From the NCBI GenBank assembly GCA_902519235.1, contig CABYJE010000004.1:4331-68330 (forward strand): a stretch of 64,000 bases of DNA. The letters are read 5' to 3'. The notes below the pieces were generated by a model. That model saw only the letters and a program-made list of their open reading frames with translations. It made no database searches and was not told where the DNA came from. The first letter of the stretch is position 1. Each line of letters starts with the position of its first letter. The translations under genes and the position numbers were made by a program. Source of the DNA: an uncultured Prochlorococcus sp. (GTDB taxonomy: Bacteria; Cyanobacteriota; Cyanobacteriia; PCC-6307; Cyanobiaceae). Below are positions 1 through 11,458 of this stretch, one piece after another.

Positions 1-339
1 TTTTTTGTTTACTACTAAAGCATCTGCAGGATCCTCCCTTTTTGTAATGCATCCTAATTTAAGACCACTAGGTAAATTGGTTGGTAAATCTTTTAAAGAA
101 TGTACTGCTATATCTGCATGGCCTACGAGCATTTGTGCTTCAAGTTCTTTTGTAAATAAGCCTTTGTCGCCTATTTTTGCTAGGGCTACATCAAGGATTT
201 TGTCACCTTGAGTTGCCATAGCTTCTATAGATACCTCTAAATTGGGAATATTGCTTTCTAGTTGATCTTTAACCCATAAAGTTTGGACCATTGCTAGCTT
301 ACTTCTTCTACTAGCTATTTTTAGCTTAAAATTAGTCAT
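1..339 (-). CDS. hemC: Porphobilinogen deaminase (hydroxymethylbilane synthase), N-terminal part, runs off the window start
   Basis: Not in the ORF track. Manual translation from ATG at 339 gives [20 protein letters not shown]...[23 protein letters not shown]...[11 protein letters not shown], which are HemC signatures. Confidence 0.97.
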   Translation of the reverse strand, partial: MTNFKLKIASRRSKLAMVQTLWVKDQLESNIPNLEVSIEAMATQGDKILDVALAKIGDKGLFTKELEAQMLVGHADIAVHSLKDLPTNLPSGLKLGCITKREDPADALVVNKK

Positions 340-436
340 TAAATATTATTTAGAGTTTGAATTAAAAATTAAGTCGAATTTATTTTAAGCTATTATTTTG
401 CCAGTTTTTAAAGCTAACTATTATACTTAACTTTTT

Positions 437-1621
437 TTATTTTATATATTCTTTTAAAACCCCATTTCGATTTGGATGTCTAAGTTTTCTTAGGGCTTTT
501 GCCTCTATTTGTCTAATTCTTTCTCTCGTCACATCAAAAATCTGGCCAATTTCTTCAAGAGTTTTCATTCTTCCATCATCAATTCCATATCTCAATCTGA
601 GAACATCTCTTTCTCTTGGACTAAGAGTGGCCAATACTCCTTCCAAATCTTCTCTTAGTAAAGTTTTAGAAACATCTTGCTCTGGATTTTCTATATCAGC
701 CTCTATAAAGTCTCCTAGTCTTGAGTCTTCTTCTTTCCCTATTGGAGTTTCTAAAGAAATAGGAAGTTGCGCACTTTTAGCTATAAATCTTAATTTTTCG
801 ATTGTCATTTCCATACTCTCAGCGATTTCTTCTTCACTAGGTTTCCTGCCAAATTCTTGGCTAAGAACTTTTGTGGTTTTTTTAATTCTGGATATTGTCT
901 CGTATAAGTGAACTGGCAATCTAATAGTTCTACTTTGATCCGCAATTGCTCTTGTAATGGCTTGGCGAATCCACCAAGTTGCATATGTAGAGAACTTATA
1001 ACCTTTTTCATGGTCGAATTTTTCCGCTGCCCTAATTAGACCCAAACTTCCTTCTTGGATTAAATCTTGAAATGATAAACCTCTGTTCATATATTTTTTA
1101 GCAATGGAAACAACTAATCTTAAATTTGATTGAACCATTTTTTCTTTAGCTCTCCGCCCTAAGAGGAGTCTTCTTCTAAATTTGGGAAGAGGCATATCTA
1201 TTAACTCAGCCCATTCTCTTACAGATGGGAAATGCCCTTTTTCTGACTCATATTGAGTTGCTAGCTCTTCTAATTGGAGTAAGTCAGCAATTTTTCTTGC
1301 AAGCTCAATTTCTTCATCTGGTCTTAAAAGTCTAATTCTTCCAATTTCTTGGAGATAAACTCTTATTGAATCTTCAGTGTAGATACCTTTTGGCCCAAGT
1401 TTTATATTCCCGAGCCCTTTATCTTCTTCTTCAGAATCACTAAATTCATTATTGTTATTTTCAATATTGCTTTCGTTTAAATCAGAAGATGTCTGTAAAG
1501 TTTGATTATTTTTATTACTATCTTCTTCAACTAGTGTTTCTAAATTTGTATTCATTTTTTTATTGATCTTTTTTTTTGAACTAGGCTTGGAATTCTTTGA
1601 TTCTGCTGCGACTGGACACAT
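437..1621 (-). CDS. rpoD: Principal (group 1) RNA polymerase sigma factor
   Basis: [11 protein letters not shown], region 2 [12 protein letters not shown]...[14 protein letters not shown], region 4 [17 protein letters not shown]. Confidence 0.97.
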   Translation of the reverse strand: MCPVAAESKNSKPSSKKKINKKMNTNLETLVEEDSNKNNQTLQTSSDLNESNIENNNNEFSDSEEEDKGLGNIKLGPKGIYTEDSIRVYLQEIGRIRLLRPDEEIELARKIADLLQLEELATQYESEKGHFPSVREWAELIDMPLPKFRRRLLLGRRAKEKMVQSNLRLVVSIAKKYMNRGLSFQDLIQEGSLGLIRAAEKFDHEKGYKFSTYATWWIRQAITRAIADQSRTIRLPVHLYETISRIKKTTKVLSQEFGRKPSEEEIAESMEMTIEKLRFIAKSAQLPISLETPIGKEEDSRLGDFIEADIENPEQDVSKTLLREDLEGVLATLSPRERDVLRLRYGIDDGRMKTLEEIGQIFDVTRERIRQIEAKALRKLRHPNRNGVLKEYIK

Positions 1622-1942
1622 AATTGACTCCTTTCTACGGTGAATTTAACTAGATAAAATTTTATTTAGGGCTAATTTGAACATTTAGTAGTAAAGTCCC
1701 CTTAATCTTTAAAAAACTTTTTCACAAAATGAGAATAAGAAAAGTTTTCTAAATTGTTGAAAAATTTAAATAGTGCTATAGATTACCTAAAGTAAAAAGT
1801 CTTGGGATTTCTCAGACAGGCAGATCATTTTTGAATTTTTAGTCAATGATCAGAGCTTCATGTCTCCCTTAAGAGCAGGATACTTACAATGTGCAAAAAA
1901 CACTTTGTGGAATGTTCAACAATCCAATACTAAGAAAAAGTT

Positions 1943-4219
1943 TTGAAGCCGGCAAGTAATCAGTTATTAAATATCTCCTATAAATTGGAAATTTTGCTTG
2001 ATATAGGTAGTAGCAATGAAAGCTTTTACTATTTAGATGGAAATAATCTTGGAGCAGAAGTTGGAGATATTGTAAGTGTGAGACTAAGGGGGAGATTATT
2101 GAATGGGTTGGTGATCTCCAAAAAAGACTTTTCGACAATCAATAATGATGAATCAAATATTACTGGAGGAAAAAGCATAAGATATTTGTTTATTGAAAGT
2201 ATTTTGCAGAAAAAAATAATTGATGAATCTTGGAGAGAATTGATAGACTCCCTAGCCTCTTTTTATATGGTTAGTAATTTAAAAATGTTTAAAACTGCAT
2301 TTCCTCCTGGCTGGATTGGTAGATATAAAAATTTCTCTAAAGGTTTAAAAGATCAAATATGGATTGAAACTAAAAAAGAATTTGATATTAAGAAAAATGG
2401 ATTAACCAAAAAACAATTTTTTTTAATGGATTCTTTATCTAAAAAAGGTAATTGGCAAAGTGAATTAATAAAGTCTGGTTTTAATTACACTCTAATTAAC
2501 TCAATGGTCAGTAAAAATTATCTTGCTAAATCTAAAAGAAAAAAAAATATAATTAGTAAATTAAATTCCTTTTTTAAAGATCATATCGCAACGAAAAAAC
2601 CAAATCTTACAAATGAGCAAAAAATTGCTTTTCAAGAATTTCAAACAATGAGACCAGGAGATGTATTACTTCTTTGGGGCGAAACAGGTTCAGGTAAAAC
2701 AGAAGTTTATATGAGAATTGCTGAAGACCAATTTCTTAAGAAAAAAAGTTGTTTGATACTAGCCCCAGAAATTGGATTAATTCCTCAACTTATTGATAGG
2801 TTTAGTAGGAGATTTAATAATGTCATTTACGAATATCATAGTAATTGTTCTCCCGATCATAGAACTTTAGTTTGGAAGAGAATTATTAATGCTAATGAAC
2901 CTTTAATAGTAATAGGTACCAGGTCGGCAGTTTTTCTTCCAATCAAAAATCTGGGGGTAATAATAATGGATGAAGAACATGATGTTTCTTATAAGCAAGA
3001 TAGTCCTATGCCTTGCTATGACGCAAGAGAGATTGCTATTGAAATAGTAAAAAGGAATTCTGCAAAGTTAATTTTTGGGAGTGCAACCCCATCAATGAAG
3101 ACTTGGAAAAAGTGTATTTTTGAAAGGAATTTTAAATTGGTAAGAATGATTCAAAGGATATCCAGTAATGAGACTCCTGAAATAAAAATTATTGATATGC
3201 GAGATGAGTTCAAGAAGGGAAATATGAAAATTTTTTCCAATGAATTATTACAATTGCTTCCTCAACTAAGCTTAAAAAAAGAGCAAGCAATAATTTTGAT
3301 CCCAAGGAGAGGGCATAGTGGATTTTTAAGTTGTAGAAATTGTGGATATTTAATAAATTGCCCAAACTGTGACGTTCCTTTATCAGTTCATCTCGGATCA
3401 CAAGGAAAAAAATGGTTGAGGTGTCATTGGTGTGATCATAAATCAAGATTGATCAATCGTTGCCCAGATTGTCATTCAACTGCTTTCAAACCTTTTGGAA
3501 TTGGTACGCAAAGGGTAATAGAGTTTTTAAATGAAGAATTTCCTGACTTAAGAGTACTTCGCTTTGATAGAGATACAACTTCAGGAAAGGATGGTCATAG
3601 AGATATTCTTTCAAAATTTTCTAAAGGTGATGCTGATATTCTTGTCGGTACTCAGATGTTAGCAAAAGGTATTGACATCCCCAATATTACTCTTTCAGTA
3701 GTTATTGCAGCAGATGGGTTGCTTCATCGCCCAGATATTTCAGCAGAAGAAAAATCATTACAATTATTTTTGCAAGTAGCAGGAAGGGCCGGCAGGGCAC
3801 ACAAAAAAGGGAAAGTAATTTTTCAAACATATAAACCTAACCACCCGGTGATTTCATATCTTCAAAAAAGAGATTATGAAAGATTCTTAATTGAAAACTC
3901 GAGATTGAGAAAGGATGCTAATTTATTTCCATTTTGCACAATTTGCCTACTTAAATTATCAGGTGAAAATTATGAATTAACTGAGTCAATTGCAATAAAA
4001 TTATCAAAATATCTACTCAGTTTTTGTGAGAAAAAGAACTGGAAATTAATTGGTCCTGCCCCTAGTTTAATAGCTAAAGTCGGTAAAAAATTTAGATGGC
4101 AGATATTAATACATGGTCCTGAAGGAACAAAGATACCTTTACCTGATAGATCAATATTATGGAAACTTATTCCAAAAAATGTTTTTTTAACAATAGATGT
4201 TAATCCAGCAGAGTTGTGA
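1943..4219 (+). CDS. priA: Primosomal protein N' (replication restart helicase); start codon uncertain
   Basis: GETGSGKTEVY Walker A, DEEH box, four CxxC zinc pairs, QVAGRAGR motif VI. Confidence 0.96.
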   Translation: MKPASNQLLNISYKLEILLDIGSSNESFYYLDGNNLGAEVGDIVSVRLRGRLLNGLVISKKDFSTINNDESNITGGKSIRYLFIESILQKKIIDESWRELIDSLASFYMVSNLKMFKTAFPPGWIGRYKNFSKGLKDQIWIETKKEFDIKKNGLTKKQFFLMDSLSKKGNWQSELIKSGFNYTLINSMVSKNYLAKSKRKKNIISKLNSFFKDHIATKKPNLTNEQKIAFQEFQTMRPGDVLLLWGETGSGKTEVYMRIAEDQFLKKKSCLILAPEIGLIPQLIDRFSRRFNNVIYEYHSNCSPDHRTLVWKRIINANEPLIVIGTRSAVFLPIKNLGVIIMDEEHDVSYKQDSPMPCYDAREIAIEIVKRNSAKLIFGSATPSMKTWKKCIFERNFKLVRMIQRISSNETPEIKIIDMRDEFKKGNMKIFSNELLQLLPQLSLKKEQAIILIPRRGHSGFLSCRNCGYLINCPNCDVPLSVHLGSQGKKWLRCHWCDHKSRLINRCPDCHSTAFKPFGIGTQRVIEFLNEEFPDLRVLRFDRDTTSGKDGHRDILSKFSKGDADILVGTQMLAKGIDIPNITLSVVIAADGLLHRPDISAEEKSLQLFLQVAGRAGRAHKKGKVIFQTYKPNHPVISYLQKRDYERFLIENSRLRKDANLFPFCTICLLKLSGENYELTESIAIKLSKYLLSFCEKKNWKLIGPAPSLIAKVGKKFRWQILIHGPEGTKIPLPDRSILWKLIPKNVFLTIDVNPAEL

Positions 4220-5329
4220 TTACTTTGATGGAAGTTGAGGTAAATCTGAACCTAATTTGAATCTATAGAATCTTAATAAATAAGCCAATATTATAATTAT
4301 TAAAATAATAGATATCCCAATCAAGAGTTTGTTGAGGCTCCAGAAAGAAAATTCAAGACTATTTATCTGTCCTTGATTTAAATCCCAAATTATTAGATTT
4401 TTTGTGATTTCTAAATTTGAATTATTTTTATCGGTAAGGATAGCTTTATTAGGGTGAATAATTTTGAAAATGAGTTCTAAATTATCAATGCCTTTAATAG
4501 AATTTAGATCCAAATCAAACCTGTAAAAGTATTTTTTAAAAAAAATGAAGTTTTTTTGAGTAGTATTAATTTCTATATTTGTTGATTCTCCCGCTAACTC
4601 TCCAGCTGTATTTTGGGTGATTTTAAGAACTTGCTTTGTATCCTCTAAATTGAGATTTTTATGTTTCAAAGAAAAGGTTGATTCGTCTTGTTCAATTTCT
4701 GCGTAAGGAAAAATATCTTTCATCTTCTCTTCAAATTTTAATTGCCAAGGAAATTTCTTTATATATTTACTCTCTATCACTAAATTATTAGTTATTGAAT
4801 CAAGTTCACTAAGATCAAGGGTATCCTCAATTTTTACGCAGCCACTTAAAAGTGGAATTAATAATAATAGTATGAAAAAAATGATGAGTGAAAAGCCTTT
4901 CTGAAAGGGTTTTGTTTCACCAGTTGGTGTCTCAGTTACATTAATAAATTTTTTTTTCTTCAATACTTCTCTTTTTTTGCGCAGTGAGTTAAGAGATTTT
5001 TTATTTAGTGATGGGTCGCTTTCAAACTGTACGTTCCAATTTTCTGGCTTTTTAATGTCAGGAGAGTCTATAACTTCCATCAAATATTTTGCATTTTCTC
5101 TCGTCTTATTATCGTAAGATTTTTGAAGTTCTTTACAAAACCTTTTAGCCTCCTCCCTTTTATTGATACCACATAGAGCAGTAATTAGGATTGTTCTTAA
5201 ATTTACTCCCTCTTTGCTTGATAAAGGAAATGATTCGATTATGGGCAAAAGAAATTCAATGCAATAATGATACTCACCTTTAGCTAAAGCAAGTTCTACT
5301 TTTTCTAAAACTTGCTCATAAGTTTTCAT
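4220..5329 (-). CDS. Membrane protein with TPR-like N-terminus and DUF3153-like C-terminal domain
   Basis: Helical N-terminus, internal hydrophobic stretch ending in LLSGC, C-terminal TM helix. Confidence 0.65.
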   Translation of the reverse strand: MKTYEQVLEKVELALAKGEYHYCIEFLLPIIESFPLSSKEGVNLRTILITALCGINKREEAKRFCKELQKSYDNKTRENAKYLMEVIDSPDIKKPENWNVQFESDPSLNKKSLNSLRKKREVLKKKKFINVTETPTGETKPFQKGFSLIIFFILLLLIPLLSGCVKIEDTLDLSELDSITNNLVIESKYIKKFPWQLKFEEKMKDIFPYAEIEQDESTFSLKHKNLNLEDTKQVLKITQNTAGELAGESTNIEINTTQKNFIFFKKYFYRFDLDLNSIKGIDNLELIFKIIHPNKAILTDKNNSNLEITKNLIIWDLNQGQINSLEFSFWSLNKLLIGISIILIIIILAYLLRFYRFKLGSDLPQLPSK

Positions 5330-5332
5330 GGG

Positions 5333-6184
5333 TTAGGCGACTATCATTGTACCTATTCCGGAATTTGTAAAAATCTCAAGAAGTAATGAATGTTCTATTC
5401 GTCCATCAATTATGTGAGCTGCTTTGACTCCTTGGGCTAAAGCTCTTATACAGCATTCTGTCTTTGGAATCATACCTTCAGTCACAATTTTTTTCTCAAT
5501 AAAATCTCTTGCCTCTTTGAGGTTAGTTTTTTCAACAAGACTATTTTTGTTATCTTTTTCTTTTAAAATCCCTTGAGTATCAGTAAGAAGAATAAGTTTT
5601 TCTGCATTTATTGCAGCAGCAATTTCTCCAGCAACAAAATCTGCGTTAATGTTATGGGAAATACCCTCCAAGGTTGATCCAATGCTAGAAATAATTGGGA
5701 TATATCCTTTAGAAATAAGAGGATCTAATATTTTAGGATTTATTTTTGTAACCTCTCCCACTAACCCATGGCTACCATCTCCTAGTTCTCTAGATTGAAT
5801 TAAGTTGCCATCAAGACCTGATATTCCCACAGCTAAGGATCCAGTTTTATTAATCCCTTTTACAATTTGTTTGTTAACTCTACCCATTAGAACCATCTCG
5901 ACAATTTCCATTGTTTTTTGATCAGTAATTCTTAATCCATTTTCGAATTTAGGAGATATTTCTAATTTCTTTAACCAATTATTAATCTCGGGTCCACCTC
6001 CATGAATTACTATCGGACAAACCCCAACGGTTGATAAAAGTGCAATGTCTCTAAAAAAAGCATTTTTTAAATTATCATTCTCCATAACAGAACCACCATA
6101 CTTGATAACAATTTTTCTACCTGAGAAACTTTGTATGTATGGAAGTGCTTCGCTTAATATTGATACTCTTTGAGAATCATTCAT
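5333..6184 (-). CDS. argB: Acetylglutamate kinase
   Basis: [35 protein letters not shown] motifs. Confidence 0.97.
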   Translation of the reverse strand: MNDSQRVSILSEALPYIQSFSGRKIVIKYGGSVMENDNLKNAFFRDIALLSTVGVCPIVIHGGGPEINNWLKKLEISPKFENGLRITDQKTMEIVEMVLMGRVNKQIVKGINKTGSLAVGISGLDGNLIQSRELGDGSHGLVGEVTKINPKILDPLISKGYIPIISSIGSTLEGISHNINADFVAGEIAAAINAEKLILLTDTQGILKEKDNKNSLVEKTNLKEARDFIEKKIVTEGMIPKTECCIRALAQGVKAAHIIDGRIEHSLLLEIFTNSGIGTMIVA

Positions 6185-6248
6185 TATTAAAATTCATTAA
6201 AACTTGATTGAATTGAGAAATTAGGTTTTTACAAATATATCCCTATAT

Positions 6249-6779
6249 TCAATAAAAGAGAATAAAATCAAATTCTTTTTTATTATCGTCGATAATAAAT
6301 TCTGATTCAAGACCTTTGACGAAAAACCTATTTAATCTTTCTTGTTTATCAATCCATTTTTCTAGAGGGACAGCGTTTAATTCGAAACGCATTCTGAGAC
6401 CATTTTTTTCTTCCTTTGTAATTTCTTCTATTTCTTTTAGTTGAGGGGGATTATCCTCGTCCCACAAATTTAAAGATTCTAATGAAGATTCAAGATGAGC
6501 TTTTATCCCATACCTCCATCTTGTAACGTCTTTAACCAGTGCTGTTAATTCTTTTGGTCTATTAAATTTATTTGTCGCAAAATTTGCCTTGTCAAACAAC
6601 TCTACAGGAGGTATTTCAGAAGTTTTTAAACCTAATCCTATGAGAAAAATAGGTACTCCATAAAAAAATGTAGGTACACTTAAATTCACTGAATCTGTAA
6701 AATAAGCAGTCATTCCAACAAAAGCTAATATACCCCCAGCGGTTACGATTAAGTTCCCAGGCGAAAAGTATTTCTTCAT
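6249..6779 (-). CDS. Conserved cyanobacterial/plastid membrane protein (DUF2854-like)
   Basis: Two N-terminal TM helices, FFYGVP...GLGLKTSE and KDVTRWRYG motifs. Confidence 0.7.
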   Translation of the reverse strand: MKKYFSPGNLIVTAGGILAFVGMTAYFTDSVNLSVPTFFYGVPIFLIGLGLKTSEIPPVELFDKANFATNKFNRPKELTALVKDVTRWRYGIKAHLESSLESLNLWDEDNPPQLKEIEEITKEEKNGLRMRFELNAVPLEKWIDKQERLNRFFVKGLESEFIIDDNKKEFDFILFY

Positions 6780-6821
6780 TTTGATTTAGTAGAATGAGTT
6801 TTGAATAGGTTAACAAGTATT

Positions 6822-7004
6822 ATGCAAGATCTTAATACTGCAAATCAAGAAGATTTAATTTTTAGACTTGATCAAGAAAGAGCTTGGCTATTAGAAAATC
6901 TTGATAAGGGTAAATGGCCAGAAATCAGAAGCGAACTTGCCGCTCTTGAAAGAAAAATAAGCAAACTTATTATAAGTGTTCAAGAAAATAATGTTGATAA
7001 TTGA
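6822..7004 (+). CDS. Small hypothetical helical/coiled-coil protein (ATG at 6822 preferred over TTG at 6801)
   Basis: Fills the gap between neighbours without overlap; amphipathic sequence RAWLLENLDKGKWPEIRSELAALER. Confidence 0.65.
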   Translation: MQDLNTANQEDLIFRLDQERAWLLENLDKGKWPEIRSELAALERKISKLIISVQENNVDN

Positions 7005-7005
7005 T

Positions 7006-7431
7006 TTAAAAAGGTATTTCGTCTACTTCAGGTACTAAGGGTGAACTATCCCAGCTGGAATTTTTGGTGCTTTCTTTATTTTTTAATGAATCACTATTTT
7101 CTTTTTGATCAGAATTAATAACGTCAACTGGCGATATTTGATGAATCTTTGAAGCTGTTAGTTCTGGTTGCTTTTCTTTTGTCCCGTCTTTTCTAGTGAC
7201 AGAATTCATCTTTAGACGTCCTTCAATAACAATATTTTGCCCCTCCTTTAGTTCGTCTACCATTTCTTGGGCAATATTTCCCCATCCTATGATCTTGAGA
7301 TCTCTGGTTGGATCTTCACTACGTAATCCTTTAAAATTAACAATCATTTCTGCAATTGCAGTTTGGTTTTCTTTGGTATACCTCATTTGGGGAGCGCTAT
7401 TAATGACCGCCTGAATTAAACAATGATTCAT
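7006..7431 (-). CDS. ssb: Single-stranded DNA-binding protein (Ycf41/Slr1034-like)
   Basis: OB-fold pattern PQMRYT...GWG...GQNIVIEGRL and acidic C-terminal tip VDEIPF. Confidence 0.85.
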   Translation of the reverse strand: MNHCLIQAVINSAPQMRYTKENQTAIAEMIVNFKGLRSEDPTRDLKIIGWGNIAQEMVDELKEGQNIVIEGRLKMNSVTRKDGTKEKQPELTASKIHQISPVDVINSDQKENSDSLKNKESTKNSSWDSSPLVPEVDEIPF

Positions 7432-7460
7432 TAATTACTATATTAATTAAAGACATACTG

Positions 7461-8258
7461 ATGCAGAATCAAGAAAATTGCTATAAAAATGTTTGGATCC
7501 TATCAGGGACTTCGGATGGACCTGTAATAGCTAATAGACTTCTTGAACTTAATTATTCAGTTTTTGCAAGTGTTTTAACTTATAAAGCAGGCCAAGCTTA
7601 CATTAAAAATCCAAAGTTACATATCATTACGGGTAAATTAAAAAATAAAGATCAAATAATTAATTTCATAAATAAAAACAAAATCAAATGCGTTGTCGAT
7701 GCTACTCATCCGTTTGCCGAGGTAATTTCTAAAAATCTTTATAGTACATGTAAAGAGATTAATATACCTCTTCTATTATTTGAGAGGAAATCTCTAATAA
7801 ATAAAACTAATAATTTTTTTTATATTGGTGATCTAAAGGATATAAATAATGTTGATCTAGAAAATAAGAATATTCTTCTAGCAATAGGATCGAGGTTCCT
7901 AAACGATACAGCTAGGTATTATATAAATTGTAAAGCAAATGTATTTACAAGGGTGCTACCAACTTATGAAAGTATAACTAAAGCTTTTGGATCATGTATA
8001 AAAAAATCAAATATCGCGATACTTGAACCGAGTAAAAATAATAAAAGCATTATAGAAAAAAAACTTTGTGATTTTTGGGAGATAGATTATGTTCTATGCA
8101 GAGAATCTGGAAGTTATTCTCAGAGAAACTGGGAGAGAATTGTTTCTGGAAGTAAAATGAAGTTATTTTTGGTTAAAAGGCCGAAAGTTAAAAATGATTA
8201 TTCTTACTCTTTTAATCAATACAACCATTTGATAAATCACATAATAAAAAAATATTGA
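7461..8258 (+). CDS. cobK: Precorrin-6A/cobalt-precorrin-6A reductase
   Basis: ILSGTSDG, VVDATHPFA, LLAIGS, RESG, VKRP motifs. Confidence 0.92.
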   Translation: MQNQENCYKNVWILSGTSDGPVIANRLLELNYSVFASVLTYKAGQAYIKNPKLHIITGKLKNKDQIINFINKNKIKCVVDATHPFAEVISKNLYSTCKEINIPLLLFERKSLINKTNNFFYIGDLKDINNVDLENKNILLAIGSRFLNDTARYYINCKANVFTRVLPTYESITKAFGSCIKKSNIAILEPSKNNKSIIEKKLCDFWEIDYVLCRESGSYSQRNWERIVSGSKMKLFLVKRPKVKNDYSYSFNQYNHLINHIIKKY

Positions 8259-8271
8259 TGTTTAATTAAAT

Positions 8272-8577
8272 ATGGAAGTATTAGTTATGGTCACAACTGA
8301 ATCAAGTAAATCGAATGCTTTGCAAATGGCTAAATTATTAATACAAAAAAAACTTGCAGCTTGTGTTTCGATAAGGCAAATTTTTTCAATATATAAGTGG
8401 GATGATGATATTGAAGAAACTAAAGAGTTTGAAATCACAATAAAAAGTAAACTTGAATTTAAAGATTATTTAATTGAATTCTTAAATAAAAATTCCACAT
8501 ATGATGTCCCTCAAATTATTTTCAGAAAATACCATGCTGAGATGAAATATTATGATTGGTTGAATAATTCTATTTGA
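8272..8577 (+). CDS. cutA: Divalent cation tolerance protein CutA
   Basis: KKLAACVS, SIYKW, YDVPQII motifs. Confidence 0.92.
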   Translation: MEVLVMVTTESSKSNALQMAKLLIQKKLAACVSIRQIFSIYKWDDDIEETKEFEITIKSKLEFKDYLIEFLNKNSTYDVPQIIFRKYHAEMKYYDWLNNSI

Positions 8578-8583
8578 TTAAAT

Positions 8584-9588
8584 TTATTTTATTAAGTTTT
8601 TAAGATCAATATTTGATCTAGATCCTAATTGCGTAATTATTTGTCCGGCACAAATTGAAGCTATCTCTCCGCATTTTTTGAGGGGAAAATTGTTTATTAA
8701 TCCATGGATAAATCCTCCGGCATAGATATCTCCCGCTCCTGTAGTATCAATAATCTTTCCTTTCGTTATTGACTCAATTATTTCAACATTATTTTTGTTA
8801 ACTATTAGAGAACCATTGCTTCCAAGAGTAACTATGACTAATTCACATAAGGAAGATAGGTTTTCTTGGCAACTTGCAAATTTATCATTTTTAAATAGAC
8901 TTAACACCTCGGATTCATTACAAAAAATAATATCTACATATTCATCAATTAATTCCAAGAAACTCTCACGATGTCTATCTACACAAAATGAATCAGACAA
9001 TGAAAGGATTATTTTGGTATCAGATTGTTTTGCAATTTGGGCGGCTTTAATAAAAGCATTTTTAGCTAATTCGCTGTCCCATAAATACCCTTCTAAATAT
9101 AAGTATTTACTTTCTTTAATTACATTAAAGTCAATGTCTTCAGGTTCGAACTCTATAGATGCTCCTAGGTAAGTGCACATAGTTCTTTGTGCATCAGGTG
9201 TAATCAAAATGATTGAATGAGCAGTTGAAGCACCTTCAATAGTTGGTGGAGTATTAAATATAGTTTTACTTTGTTTAATATCTTCAGAAAAGAAATTACC
9301 AAATTGATCATTTTTCACCCTTCCAATAAACTGCACATGATTACCTAATTCTGCTAAACAAACAACGGTATTTGCTGAGGATCCCCCTGATATTTGTTTA
9401 ATCACTTTGCAGTTCTCTAACAACCTCTTAGATTCATCAGAATTAATTAGATTCATTGATCCTTTATCCAGATTATTTATCTCAAGAAACTCATCTTCAA
9501 TATTTACAATAATATCTACTATTGCGTTGCCCAGACCAATGAGATCAATAGTTTTATTATGTTCAAAATATCTTAAGGAATCCTTCAT
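8584..9588 (-). CDS. PfkB-family carbohydrate/nucleoside (adenosine) kinase
   Basis: GNAIVD, GGSSAN, DAQRTM, DTTGAGD motifs. Confidence 0.9.
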   Translation of the reverse strand: MKDSLRYFEHNKTIDLIGLGNAIVDIIVNIEDEFLEINNLDKGSMNLINSDESKRLLENCKVIKQISGGSSANTVVCLAELGNHVQFIGRVKNDQFGNFFSEDIKQSKTIFNTPPTIEGASTAHSIILITPDAQRTMCTYLGASIEFEPEDIDFNVIKESKYLYLEGYLWDSELAKNAFIKAAQIAKQSDTKIILSLSDSFCVDRHRESFLELIDEYVDIIFCNESEVLSLFKNDKFASCQENLSSLCELVIVTLGSNGSLIVNKNNVEIIESITKGKIIDTTGAGDIYAGGFIHGLINNFPLKKCGEIASICAGQIITQLGSRSNIDLKNLIK

Positions 9589-9603
9589 TAATTTGGAACT
9601 AAA

Positions 9604-10968
<1,365 letters not shown>

Positions 10969-10995
10969 TTACTTTTAAAAAGTAAATGAATTGTA

Positions 10996-11433
10996 TCAAC
11001 TTTCTCTTAAAACCATTTTTTCAGCAAGAGAAAATTCTTTAGTTAAACGCTCCTTCAGTTTATCTGGTAAAGGTCTACTTGCAAAGTTTTTATAATGACC
11101 TGCCATAGCATTTAACGCTGTTTGCATAGTGGTAAATGATTGTGTTTTATTCACCATTCCTCTATTTCTGTATCTGGAAATATAGTCAGTTATAAGTGTA
11201 AGAGCCTCAGTTCTTACTTCATCTTTATTTGGAGAATCTTTTGGCGTATCAACAGCTGTTTGTAATGTTTTAACAACTGAAATTGTATCTTTTGTGTAGT
11301 CACCTGTCATAGAGGTTTTTGCAGCTATAGAAGGGGAACTAAATAGTGTAAAAACAATAATTAAGGATATTGAAAAAGATATAGCTTTGAAGAGATTTTT
11401 TAAAAATAATTTTGATGTCCATTTTAGTAACAT
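10996..11433 (-). CDS. psb27: Photosystem II assembly factor Psb27
   Basis: TGDYTKDT, YISRYR, SFTTMQTALNAMAGHY, RPLP motifs. Confidence 0.93.
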   Translation of the reverse strand: MLLKWTSKLFLKNLFKAISFSISLIIVFTLFSSPSIAAKTSMTGDYTKDTISVVKTLQTAVDTPKDSPNKDEVRTEALTLITDYISRYRNRGMVNKTQSFTTMQTALNAMAGHYKNFASRPLPDKLKERLTKEFSLAEKMVLRES

Positions 11434-11458
11434 AACCTAGCTCCCAAAAAAATAAGCC

